A stretch of 64,000 nt of DNA from Escherichia phage phiEc_1: the sequence record LC768462.1, one strand, 5' to 3'. The position numbers were made by a program, and so were the translations under genes. The notes beneath the pieces are model-generated. The model saw only the letters and a program-made list of their open reading frames with translations, was not told the origin of the DNA and ran no database searches. Each line of letters starts with the position of its first letter. Within the stretch, counting starts at the first letter, position 1. Positions 47,939 to 58,745 of the stretch are shown here, piece after piece.

Positions 47939-49783
47939 GTGAGCAACCCGGACGCTCTTCCATTTTTGACAGAGATGACTGTCGCTGATATAATCTCTAA
48001 GCAAGCAAAGCACGGAGTGAGTTTCAACCGAAGAAATGCTCGGTGGTATGTTCACCTCCTTAAAGAGATTATTGTTAATATTGACAGAGAGTTGATTCCT
48101 CTCTTACCTAAGATGAGATTAGATGGCTCTACTTACATGAAGCCGTTTAAGAAGTCTGGAGCTTTACAGAAGTGGCCTCAAGCCTATTGTGATAGGGTTG
48201 GGCTGAAGAGAGAAGACATTGGTGGAGCTTTCACCTGTGTCGAATACGTAGACTTTGACCCATCGAAAGATGCACGAGTTAAAGAAGCTCTTATGGATGA
48301 GGGCTTTCTTCCTCCAGAGTTTAACGTATCTAAGAAGCCTTGGAATACTTTCGAAATTAAGAAAGATATGAGAAAGTATGGAACATACCAAGCATGGTAT
48401 ACTGCTTGGATGCGAGGAAATGCTAAGCAGAAGCAGACAGCCGAGATGGTTGACGCTGATATTAAGAAGTTCTTAGAAAAGCATTTTAGGTTTAAAACTA
48501 AGAACTATATGAAGGCTTACGTATTTGGTTTGGGATTAAACCCGAATCGTCGTAATCCTGTAACGTTTGATGAGATTAAGAAAGCGCTAGCCACATCAAA
48601 CAAGTGGCCTACAGCTCCTACAAACCTCGAGGAGACTCTTGAAGAAGGGTTAGGGGGTGAGCTAGGGAGTGTCGGAAGTTTGCTTAAGAGACGCGTTGTA
48701 GCGGCTCACAGGCTAGGTCTTATCAGTGGACTTATAGCAAAGGAACGCGAAGATGGTAAACTTTCGGCAGAAGCTAACAGCTGCGCTACGCCGACTTTTC
48801 GATTCAAACATCGTATCGTTGTTAATATTCCCTCCCGTGGTTTGTTTGGTCATGAGTGTCGCAGTTTGTTTGAGTCTGACTATAACTCAGACAGTGATCA
48901 TTCTCGTCCTTTCGTTATTACTAACGTTGTTCCTGATGGTTGTTATATACGAAAAGGTACTAACGTAATTTACGAGAAAGGTAAGCCGGGGAAGAAAGAC
49001 AAACCTGTAGGTGCTTACAAATATTACATACCCGCTGGTAAAGAAGTATTCTTAGGGTATGATGGTTCTGGACTTGAACTTCGTATGCTCGCTCACTACC
49101 TCATTAAAGAGTGTAGGGATATGCTTGCTGAGGCTATCGAAGAGAACAACCCAGCTAAGAAAGCTCTGGCAGAACGTGGTTTAGCTTCTGCTATTATGTA
49201 TCGTGATATTCTCCTTGAAGGTGATATCCACTCCCACAACCAGAAACTTGCTGGTCTTCCTACTCGTGACAACGCTAAAACGTTTATCTATGCATTCAAC
49301 TACGGTGCTGGCGATGCTAAGCTTGGTTCAATTGTAGGTGGTGGGGCTGACGAAGGTTCAGTGATGCGAGCACGTTTCTTAGCAGAGAACCCATGTATTG
49401 CAATCCTCATTGATCGTATGACAGAGAAAGCTGCTCAAGGATACTTGATTGGAGTTGATGGTCGTAAGATTACAATGAGACGGGATGCCACTGGTAAGGT
49501 TATGGTTCATAAAGCCCTTAACACACTCCTGCAATGTGCTGGTGCTGTTGTTATGAAATATGCTATGATGTTCCTTAACAAGTGGATTGAGAAAGATAAG
49601 GTTCGTTGTGCTAAGGTAATTGATATGCACGATGAAGGTCAATTCTCAGTAAACCGTAATGATGTACAGAAACTCAAAGAGCACACCGAGCTTTGTGTTA
49701 AGAAGGCTGGTGAGTATTTGAACATGGAATGCCCTCTGGCTTCTGATTGTCAGATTGGACTTAACTGGATGCACACACACTAA
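47939..49783 (+). CDS. family-A DNA polymerase, polymerase-domain polypeptide
   Basis: motif A DGSGLELRMLAH, motif B RDNAKTFIYAFNYGAG, motif C HDEGQF; N-terminus aligns with T7 DNA pol just after exo domain. Confidence 0.85.
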   Translation: MSNPDALPFLTEMTVADIISKQAKHGVSFNRRNARWYVHLLKEIIVNIDRELIPLLPKMRLDGSTYMKPFKKSGALQKWPQAYCDRVGLKREDIGGAFTCVEYVDFDPSKDARVKEALMDEGFLPPEFNVSKKPWNTFEIKKDMRKYGTYQAWYTAWMRGNAKQKQTAEMVDADIKKFLEKHFRFKTKNYMKAYVFGLGLNPNRRNPVTFDEIKKALATSNKWPTAPTNLEETLEEGLGGELGSVGSLLKRRVVAAHRLGLISGLIAKEREDGKLSAEANSCATPTFRFKHRIVVNIPSRGLFGHECRSLFESDYNSDSDHSRPFVITNVVPDGCYIRKGTNVIYEKGKPGKKDKPVGAYKYYIPAGKEVFLGYDGSGLELRMLAHYLIKECRDMLAEAIEENNPAKKALAERGLASAIMYRDILLEGDIHSHNQKLAGLPTRDNAKTFIYAFNYGAGDAKLGSIVGGGADEGSVMRARFLAENPCIAILIDRMTEKAAQGYLIGVDGRKITMRRDATGKVMVHKALNTLLQCAGAVVMKYAMMFLNKWIEKDKVRCAKVIDMHDEGQFSVNRNDVQKLKEHTELCVKKAGEYLNMECPLASDCQIGLNWMHTH

Positions 49784-49788
49784 GGTGA

Positions 49789-50157
49789 GTGATGAAAGAA
49801 ACTAATATAATCTATAGAACACTTAGGTGTTTATTCAAGGAGAGAGGGATGGAAGATTTCCTCCTCCAGTATTATCATATAACTCAAACAGAAGAGTGTC
49901 CTCCTTGGTTTAACGAAGATCACGGACTATGCTTCAACTTCCGCTGTTATAAGAAGTATTATTATTTCACAAAACATCTAGACGTGGATGACATGAAGAA
50001 TATGTTTAACCAAGATAAATTCTCGGACCATACATACCCTTTTGGCTGTGACCAATATTTCAGAGATAGAGATAACAGATCACACCACAAGAACCAAAAA
50101 CGAATTACTTGGATTAAAGATACACTGAAAACTCTATATAATATTGAGGTTGAGTGA
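49789..50157 (+). CDS. hypothetical protein
   Basis: 122-aa ORF. Confidence 0.5.
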   Translation: MMKETNIIYRTLRCLFKERGMEDFLLQYYHITQTEECPPWFNEDHGLCFNFRCYKKYYYFTKHLDVDDMKNMFNQDKFSDHTYPFGCDQYFRDRDNRSHHKNQKRITWIKDTLKTLYNIEVE

Positions 50158-50348
50158 TGAGTGTTCGTGGTTATTATGAATCTTGGGCCGTCTTCAGCGG
50201 TGGCTCCACTCTCGTAGCATTAAATGGTCAACTGTGTATCTTTGAGACAGAGAACTTAGCAATAACCAAAGCAGCAGAGCTAGTTCGAAAGTTTCCAAAC
50301 AAGATATTCACAGTTAAACGGATAGAAGTACCTGCATTGGTAGAGTGA
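50154..50348 (+). CDS. hypothetical protein
   Basis: 64-aa ORF. Confidence 0.45.
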   Translation: MMSVRGYYESWAVFSGGSTLVALNGQLCIFETENLAITKAAELVRKFPNKIFTVKRIEVPALVE

Positions 50349-50531
50349 ATAAATAAGACGAATGAACTATTCTTATTGATTGGTTCATAACAAGGAGATT
50401 GAAGTGGAAGAGATGCCATCGGATTGGTGTTATCGTCAGAGCGCCATCTGTAATGAACAAGGTCGTCCTGATGAGGCTGAGTTCTATCTAGAGCTAGCCG
50501 AACTGTGGAAAGAGCGAGAGGAGAAAGAGTG

Positions 50532-50699
50532 ATGGAAGGTATTTACCGTAAGCCACCTCCGAAATATAACATCCTTTATACTGATGCAACAGGTGAGTTT
50601 AGAAGTGTGTTAGTTTACACGGATGAAGAACGAAACCAAATGGTTGCTGCTATTGAAGCCAATGGTGGTACAATCATGCGAATTTATAACATAACATAA
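50532..50699 (+). CDS. hypothetical protein
   Basis: short ORF; internal ATG chosen. Confidence 0.4.
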   Translation: MEGIYRKPPPKYNILYTDATGEFRSVLVYTDEERNQMVAAIEANGGTIMRIYNIT

Positions 50700-50890
50700 G
50701 GAATATCAATGACTGCTTCTGAATTAAAAGAAACCCTATCCACTGAAGAAGGTAAAGCTTTCTTCTTATCTCAAGTACACTCTATGGGTAAAGATGCCCT
50801 TCGCCAAGCAGTCGTTGAGCTTACTGGTGTAGTGATTGACTTGAGTATTGAAAACGAAACACTTGAAGCTAAAGTGAACAGTTAAATAAG

Positions 50891-50916
50891 AAGCTGCCTT
50901 CGGGCGGCTTTTCTTG
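50891..50916 (+). terminator. intrinsic terminator
   Basis: AGCUGCC-UUCG-GGCGGCU + U-rich tail. Confidence 0.6.
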
Positions 50917-50931
50917 TCTAAAGGATTTGAC

Positions 50932-51324
50932 ATGAATATTGGTTTAGATTATGATGACACTTACACAGCAGACAGACGACTGTGGAGAGATGTGATAGGC
51001 TTGATGAAAGGGTATGGGCATGATGTAAGATTCGTGACTTTCCGTTTCTCAGAGCCTAACGGTTATGATAACGTGGATATCTTCTATGATGCAGAGACCC
51101 TGCAAATCCCTGTCATCTTTTGTAATGGCGTACAGAAGGATGAGGTGTGTCGACAGTTAGGTTTCTTCGTCGATATCTGGATTGATGACTTCCCTGTTGG
51201 AATCCCCAAAAAGGATCACCTAGACGGTATGCTGAAGGGCGTAAGACTTAATGACCTTAGGGCAGCACCTCCTGTAGAAATAGCCGCTCCTGTGTACTCT
51301 GAAGAGCCTTTGGTGATTCGATGA
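50932..51324 (+). CDS. HAD-superfamily phosphatase, possibly NT5C-type deoxyribonucleotidase
   Basis: motif I LDYDDT near N-terminus, motif IV WIDDFP. Confidence 0.5.
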   Translation: MNIGLDYDDTYTADRRLWRDVIGLMKGYGHDVRFVTFRFSEPNGYDNVDIFYDAETLQIPVIFCNGVQKDEVCRQLGFFVDIWIDDFPVGIPKKDHLDGMLKGVRLNDLRAAPPVEIAAPVYSEEPLVIR

Positions 51325-51493
51325 AAAAGATAATCCTTTGGGCTTTAGGTATAGCTCTTTTCCTGTATCTGATTGATCTCGGAGGAGATGCCAGTAGAGA
51401 AGACTGTGAAGTGAGATTGTCTCAGGAATTTAAGTCAGAGACAAAGTGGGTTAACGGTCGATGCTATGTAAAAGATTGGGGAAGAACTTCTCG

Positions 51494-51661
51494 ATGAAAA
51501 AGTATAGTGTATGGTTTAACGAAGTAGAAGAAGGTTTTGATGAAGTTGGAGGATGGGTAAATATCCTAAACACTGACGACATAGAAGAGGCCGAGAAGTG
51601 CGCCCTAAACTACAACTCTGGGTATTATGAAAGAAATTGGGAATATGAGGAAGAGGTATGA
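51494..51661 (+). CDS. small acidic protein
   Basis: 55-aa ORF. Confidence 0.4.
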   Translation: MKKYSVWFNEVEEGFDEVGGWVNILNTDDIEEAEKCALNYNSGYYERNWEYEEEV

Positions 51662-51817
51662 TTTGGATTCACACTTATAAGATTGGAAAGAAAGAGATCA
51701 CCGTTGTACATCACTCTGAAGAAAGTGCAAATGCCTCTCAGGAAGTATTGAAAGGTGAAGTTAAAACATATGTTGAAGTAAAAGCTAAATCTTGGTCATA
51801 ATGATAGGGAGTGTAAA

Positions 51818-52033
51818 ATGGAATATATCGATAAATACTCAAGCGAAGACTCAACCAACGCTGAAGTTTTGTTCGTACTAAAAACAGACTGCCTCGAACA
51901 TGGTCAGCTCATTAACTTTATGGAGTTGGCAAAACTTAAAGAAGAGATTGATCAACTATACAGCGATGAGCAATCCAGATTACTTTCCCTGTCCCTGCTA
52001 GGTGACTTAACTTGTGATGGGTGTACTATCTAA
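51818..52033 (+). CDS. hypothetical protein
   Basis: 71-aa ORF with SD. Confidence 0.5.
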   Translation: MEYIDKYSSEDSTNAEVLFVLKTDCLEHGQLINFMELAKLKEEIDQLYSDEQSRLLSLSLLGDLTCDGCTI

Positions 52034-52042
52034 GAGGTCTTT

Positions 52043-52546
52043 ATGGCTGAAGTTTATTTTGCAGGAGATGGTCACTTAGGTCATCGCAACATCTGTAGTT
52101 TTCGTAAGCAATTTAAAACCATCGAAGAGCATGACAAAGCAATTCTAGCTGCATTTGATCATGTAACTAAGCGAGACAAAATCTTCTTTACCGGTGATTG
52201 GGTGTTTGAAAAGTATGCCCTTGATATCATCGCTGAAGTAAAAGGAGAGAAGCATCTAGTCTTAGGGAACCATGACAGGTTAGAACTTCTCCCTGATATG
52301 ATGAAAGTCTTCCGTAGAATCTCTGGTGATTATAAATATAAAGAGTTTTGGGTAACTCATATCCCTATTCACACTGATGAGATGAGAGGAAAGTTTAACA
52401 TTTATGCTCATACACACAACCATGTAATTGATGATTGGAGATATTTCTGTACATCAATGGAGCAAATTAACTATAAAGCTGTTTCTCTGCAAGAGATTAG
52501 GAAGGTCTTTGATGAAAGAAGAAAAGAACAAGATCTCGTTATTTAA
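52043..52546 (+). CDS. calcineurin-like metallophosphoesterase
   Basis: GDGHLGH, GDWVFE, GNHD motifs. Confidence 0.6.
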   Translation: MAEVYFAGDGHLGHRNICSFRKQFKTIEEHDKAILAAFDHVTKRDKIFFTGDWVFEKYALDIIAEVKGEKHLVLGNHDRLELLPDMMKVFRRISGDYKYKEFWVTHIPIHTDEMRGKFNIYAHTHNHVIDDWRYFCTSMEQINYKAVSLQEIRKVFDERRKEQDLVI

Positions 52547-52952
52547 AGAACCTGTAGTACATAAAGACTCTATCAGAGATCAATATAATGAGATGTTAAA
52601 GAAACAAGCTGATTCTAATCTTCGTTATCAGAGGATAGTAGAACAATCTAACTTTAAAGGTTTACTTGAATGGTAACTTATATTGTTTACTTCTTAGCTT
52701 TCTTAGGAATAATCTTTTTATCTATTCTTATTGAATTTGGTTTAAGTAAGTTAGTTAATTATTTAGGTAATAAGTAATTATTATTCTTTTAAATAGAGAA
52801 TCAAAGTCCCTAGGAGTCCCTACAACCTAAATCAAGGATTCCTTAATTCTCTATTTTTATCTCGCAGGTGGCTCCTGCCCTTCGGTACTTGCAAGGGATT
52901 CTGTGAATTGCCCAATATACAAGCCTGCAATAACTTTATCAGCTATACAATA

Positions 52953-52961
52953 TATACATTA
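52953..52961 (-). promoter_or_regulatory. TAATGTATA motif in inverted orientation
   Basis: forms inverted pair with copy at 53015. Confidence 0.35.
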
Positions 52962-53014
52962 CTAGTGTGTTATATCTACTACCAAAGATACTTATATTAT
53001 ATAGTACTCTTATC

Positions 53015-53023
53015 GGTATAAGC
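53015..53023 (+). promoter_or_regulatory. TAATGTATA motif (candidate phage-specific promoter element)
   Basis: 70 nt upstream of SSB ATG. Confidence 0.45.
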
Positions 53024-53092
53024 GTAATGTATACTATACATAACCGCTCAAAGAGAGCAACAATCTTTCAAATTAAATAAGGAAATTACAAT

Positions 53093-53839
53093 ATGTCTAT
53101 GATTCCAACTATCGCAACTGCTTCCCGTAAATCCAACTACGATGTAATCCCTGATGGTGAATACGAAGCACGTATCGTTCGTGTAGTAGGTTTGGGTGTT
53201 CACAATCGTGACCCTTGGATTGACCCGAAGACCAAAGCAGTAACTCCTAAGAATCCGGCTTTCCGTATGGATTTAGCTTTCGAGCTGATTGGTGTTGATG
53301 CTACTGGTAAAGATTCCGATGGTAAGGCATTAGAACCACGTCCGGCTTGCCAGTTCAAGAGCTATGATGTAAACCCACGAGCTAAAAACTCTGGTATTCT
53401 TGATCTTTGCAAAATGATTGACCCAAGTATTCAAGCACTGAAAGGTGATCTGTCTTGGTTCAAGGATGTTCTGTTAGGTCAGCCTGTTAACATTCTGGTT
53501 AACTCTTATACTAACAAAGCTGGTGAAGTTAAAAACTCCATCAAGACCATTTCTCCAATCCCAACCAAATATCGTGCAGCAGTTGGTGAAGCTCGTAGTC
53601 CTCTGGTATTCTTCGAACCGTATGCTGAAACCGATGAGAACGTAGCATCCTATCAACTGATGTTCCCGTTCCAGCGCAACCTGCTTACTCAAGCTAATGA
53701 CGCTAAGAACATGCCTCTGGCTGGTCGTGAAATTACTCGTGCTTCTGAAACAGAGCAGAAAGAAGCTACTCCTTCAATCCCTACGATTGATAAAGAGCCT
53801 GCTTCTACTTACGAAGACGACAACGATAGCCCATTCTAA
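53093..53839 (+). CDS. single-stranded DNA-binding protein
   Basis: 248 aa with acidic C-terminal tail ending DDNDSPF; inferred from tail and position. Confidence 0.65.
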   Translation: MSMIPTIATASRKSNYDVIPDGEYEARIVRVVGLGVHNRDPWIDPKTKAVTPKNPAFRMDLAFELIGVDATGKDSDGKALEPRPACQFKSYDVNPRAKNSGILDLCKMIDPSIQALKGDLSWFKDVLLGQPVNILVNSYTNKAGEVKNSIKTISPIPTKYRAAVGEARSPLVFFEPYAETDENVASYQLMFPFQRNLLTQANDAKNMPLAGREITRASETEQKEATPSIPTIDKEPASTYEDDNDSPF

Positions 53840-53860
53840 TAACTCTCCTTGTTATAGCTT

Positions 53861-53885
53861 AGCCACCTCCGGGTGGCTTTTTTCG
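53861..53885 (+). terminator. intrinsic terminator
   Basis: AGCCACC-UCCG-GGUGGCU + U5. Confidence 0.65.
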
Positions 53886-53896
53886 TTGGAGACAAC

Positions 53897-54247
53897 ATGC
53901 AAAACACATTAAGTGATAACTTAGGGTTTATCGTTTTCTCAGCTCTTGTATTCTTTGGTGGTATGAAGTTTAACGAATATCAAACAGACAGCAGTAATCT
54001 GGACAAAGAGAAGCACCAGCAAGAGTTAGAGATTGAAAGAAGTAGAGCAGCTGATGAAGTTGCTCAGAGAGTTCTTACCGGTTTATCTAACTGGAAGAAG
54101 AACACGGAAACCGTTTATAAAGAGATGCATTATGAGAAAACTAAACCAGTTTTTTATAATGTCTGCGCTAGTGATGAGTATGTCAGCTTGTTCAACGAGC
54201 GACAACAGCAGGCAATCAATGCCCTTACCAACAAACCTAAAAGCTGA
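53897..54247 (+). CDS. putative i-spanin
   Basis: N-terminal TM helix then coiled-coil; o-spanin-like lipoprotein ORF overlaps in +1 frame. Confidence 0.5.
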   Translation: MQNTLSDNLGFIVFSALVFFGGMKFNEYQTDSSNLDKEKHQQELEIERSRAADEVAQRVLTGLSNWKKNTETVYKEMHYEKTKPVFYNVCASDEYVSLFNERQQQAINALTNKPKS

Positions 54248-54391
54248 ATGTAGGGTTGACCTACCTCTTTTAGAAAGTGCTCAAGGAAAAGCACTAGCCA
54301 CTACGTTGGAGTGGTATCAGGACCAGTACACAGAATGTGCTGCTAATCACAATGGATTGTTAGAAGCTCTGAAAGAGCGTGGAATAGAATA

Positions 54392-54392
<1 letters not shown>
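54132..54392 (+). CDS. putative o-spanin (outer-membrane lipoprotein)
   Basis: starts inside previous gene in another frame; signal peptide with lipobox-like MSAC. Confidence 0.5.
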
Positions 54393-55878
<1,486 letters not shown>

Positions 55879-55888
<10 letters not shown>

Positions 55889-56778
55889 ATGAAGAGGTAA
55901 AAGCTTTAAAGAAAGCTCTTGCAATTAAAATCAAACATTTAAATTTCGTCAGAGATGAGTTGGAGGAGCTATCCAACTTATCAGGATATGAGTTACAGAA
56001 TGAGCTTGTAGAGTTTCAAATCAATATTGATGGCGGTAAATACGTAGAAACAACTAGAGCGATTTTACCTAAAGTTACTGGTAACAAAACTTCTCCAGTA
56101 GACTACTCACATGACCACACGGAGCAATTAGAAATGGCATCTCAAGGCAATCCAGCACTGACCAACATGGTGGGAGATTCCCATAATAAGCCTTTAGTAG
56201 TAATTCTTAATGGGCCTCCGGGTTGTGGTAAAGATACGATAGCCAATGCTTGGGTCAATGCCCATTCATACCATCACAATTATTCAACCAAATCCTTCAA
56301 GGAGCCAATGTACAAGGTAGCTGCTGCTGCAATAGGCATACCTCTAGAAAACTTTCTAGCACGCTATGAAGACCGTGAATGGAAAGAAAAACCTAGACCA
56401 GAATGGGGAGGGAAATCTGTAAGAGATTTGATGATTTCTACAAGTGAAGACTTCTTAAAACCTATGTTTGGCAACAGCCATATGGGGGATCTTGCTGTAA
56501 AAAGCATCAAACAAGAAGGGTTAGGTCAGGATGATATTGTCATGTTTACTGACGGAGGTTTTGATGCAGAGGTACGAGAACTAGAAAAGAATTTCCATGT
56601 CCAAGTTGTCCAAGTTCTTAGAGATGGTTGCTCTTTTGATGGAGACTCTCGCTCTTATATTGAAGGCGAACAGAGAAAAACATATCTACTGTTTAATGAC
56701 TCAACTATTGAATCAGCAGTATCAGATCTAGATTGGATTATTGCTCAAGCTCAGGATGATATTTATGGAAGAAGTTAA
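55879..56778 (+). CDS. deoxynucleoside monophosphate kinase-like (T4 gp1-type) with ~100-aa N-terminal extension
   Basis: P-loop ILNGPPGCGKDT and downstream blocks align with T4 dNMP kinase. Confidence 0.6.
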
Positions 56779-57583
56779 GCTCCCTGAAGTTGCTATAGTG
56801 GATGCTGACGTTCTTCGATATGAAGTGGGTGCTCTTACTCAGGAGCATCCCTTCCTTGACACAGGACGTGTTCCAGTTGATTACAATTTCATGATTGAAC
56901 GACTTCAGTACAAGATCGATACAATCATAGCTCGCTCGGGTTGTAGTAAGGTTGTATTCTACTTCAGCGAAGGTGGTAACTTTCGTTTCGATGTTGCTAA
57001 GCAACAAGACTACAAGGCAAATAGACCTCCCGGAGAAAGACCTTTTCACTGGCAAAACGTTGGTGATTATATTAAAGCCAAGTACGAATATATTGAGGTC
57101 TTTGGGAGAGAAGCTGATGATGCACTAGCTGAAAGACAACGTAGGGATAAGAATACTATCATCTGTACTAGAGACAAGGATTTGTTGATAACTCCCGGAT
57201 GGCATTATCGCTGGGCTTGTGGAGAAAGACAGAAAGAAGTCCCTCCTCACTATGTATCCGATTTAGTCTCATGGCAAAACTTCTTCTATCAAATGTTGAT
57301 TGGAGATGGTACGGATAATATCCCCGGATGTGGGGAACGTAAAGAAGTTATGTGGGGCGGTAAGCTTCAGCTTCGACGCCAAGGAATAGGGAAGAAGGCA
57401 GCAGCTAAATTACTAGCTGGTGTTACAGATAAGTGGACCATGTATCATATAGTACGAATGGAATATTATAAGAAGTTCGATACTGAAGATGAAGAGAAGA
57501 TGCTCGAGAATGCTCGGCTTCTCTTTGTTGGTCAGACTCCGGAAGACCTGTTCGACTGGACATGGTTAGATAAATCTTGGTAA
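56765..57583 (+). CDS. 5'-3' exonuclease / flap endonuclease
   Basis: AIVDADVLRY, EADDALA, TRDKDLL, GDGTDNIPG motifs. Confidence 0.7.
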   Translation: MEEVKLPEVAIVDADVLRYEVGALTQEHPFLDTGRVPVDYNFMIERLQYKIDTIIARSGCSKVVFYFSEGGNFRFDVAKQQDYKANRPPGERPFHWQNVGDYIKAKYEYIEVFGREADDALAERQRRDKNTIICTRDKDLLITPGWHYRWACGERQKEVPPHYVSDLVSWQNFFYQMLIGDGTDNIPGCGERKEVMWGGKLQLRRQGIGKKAAAKLLAGVTDKWTMYHIVRMEYYKKFDTEDEEKMLENARLLFVGQTPEDLFDWTWLDKSW

Positions 57584-57762
57584 TAAGGATATTATAATGG
57601 GTAAATTTGATTATCGTTCATATGATGAAAACTCCTCAAATCGTGAATCTCGTAAAGACCAAAAGATCAAGCATCAGCTGTTTGATCAGCGTACTGGTCG
57701 TATTCCTCGTGAGGGCAAAGTAAGTCATCGTGTAAACAAACGAGTTTGGGAAGAAGCTGATT

Positions 57763-58164
57763 ATGGCGAAGTCTGAGAAGACTCGCTGTAGTGGAATGTG
57801 GACTGAAGCTCGTTACAACTCTTTCATCAAGTCAGGGATTCGTTCTCTGACTAGAAAGTGGAAGCCCATGTTCGATGCACTAGCAGACGCCAAGACAGAG
57901 CAGAAGATTAATCCAAAGACAGGAAGACTGGCAATGCACTTTAAGTGTGCCATGTGTGGTTCTGACCACCCTGTAAAGGATATGGCTATTGACCACATAG
58001 AGCCTATAGTTCCCTTAGATCACGAAGCAACTTGGGATGAAATCATCTCTCGTGCCCTGTGTGAGAAAGAGGGTTTTCAGGTTCTGTGTAAAGACCCTTG
58101 TCATAAGATTAAAACTAAGATGGAAAATGATGCAAGAAAACAATTCAAAAAAGGAAATGAGTGA
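57763..58164 (+). CDS. HNH endonuclease
   Basis: CAMCG...AIDHIEPI...H motif arrangement. Confidence 0.6.
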   Translation: MAKSEKTRCSGMWTEARYNSFIKSGIRSLTRKWKPMFDALADAKTEQKINPKTGRLAMHFKCAMCGSDHPVKDMAIDHIEPIVPLDHEATWDEIISRALCEKEGFQVLCKDPCHKIKTKMENDARKQFKKGNE

Positions 58165-58384
58165 TGATCAAAAATCTACGCAACAAGTGCTTCGCTTTCG
58201 CTATCGCAATTGGAGAGGCGAGATTGCTGACCGGTCCGTTATTCCACTCCGAACCTCCGTTGCTAGCTCCCGTTTTCATAACGGTGGCAAACCTTGTTGG
58301 ATTATGACAGCAATTGATGTAGAGAAAGATGAGATTCGAGAGTTCAAACTCTCTGACATTATCCAGTATTACGATTTGATTTAG
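58157..58384 (+). CDS. hypothetical protein
   Basis: start ambiguous (ATGs at 58127 or 58157). Confidence 0.4.
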   Translation: MSDDQKSTQQVLRFRYRNWRGEIADRSVIPLRTSVASSRFHNGGKPCWIMTAIDVEKDEIREFKLSDIIQYYDLI

Positions 58385-58707
58385 GAAATAACATGATCAC
58401 ACAGTCAGATAAAAACAAACTCTTCGACTTAATCCATGACCTACTAGAAGCTCAGAGTTTTATTGACAACGCACACACTTGGGAGATGGAATCAGCTGGA
58501 AAAGCTTTTGATGAAAGTGAAGAGAAGCTTATTAATTTTATAAACACAATCTAGGGGGGTTATATGAATGAAGAAGTTGTTATTCTTGGCAGTAAATCAG
58601 ATTGGTTCTACGGAGGCATCTCAGGATGCTTTGAAGATGAACATCCAGACTTCTGAAGAGAATTGGGATGTATGACGAATTTGATGGTTTTTAAAACTTA
58701 GAAACAA

Positions 58708-58745
58708 ATAAAGCCCCTTCCTTTCGGTTGGGGCTTTTCTTTTAT
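58708..58745. terminator. bidirectional terminator between convergent gene blocks
   Basis: AGCCCC..GGGGCU hairpin flanked by A-run and U-run. Confidence 0.55.
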
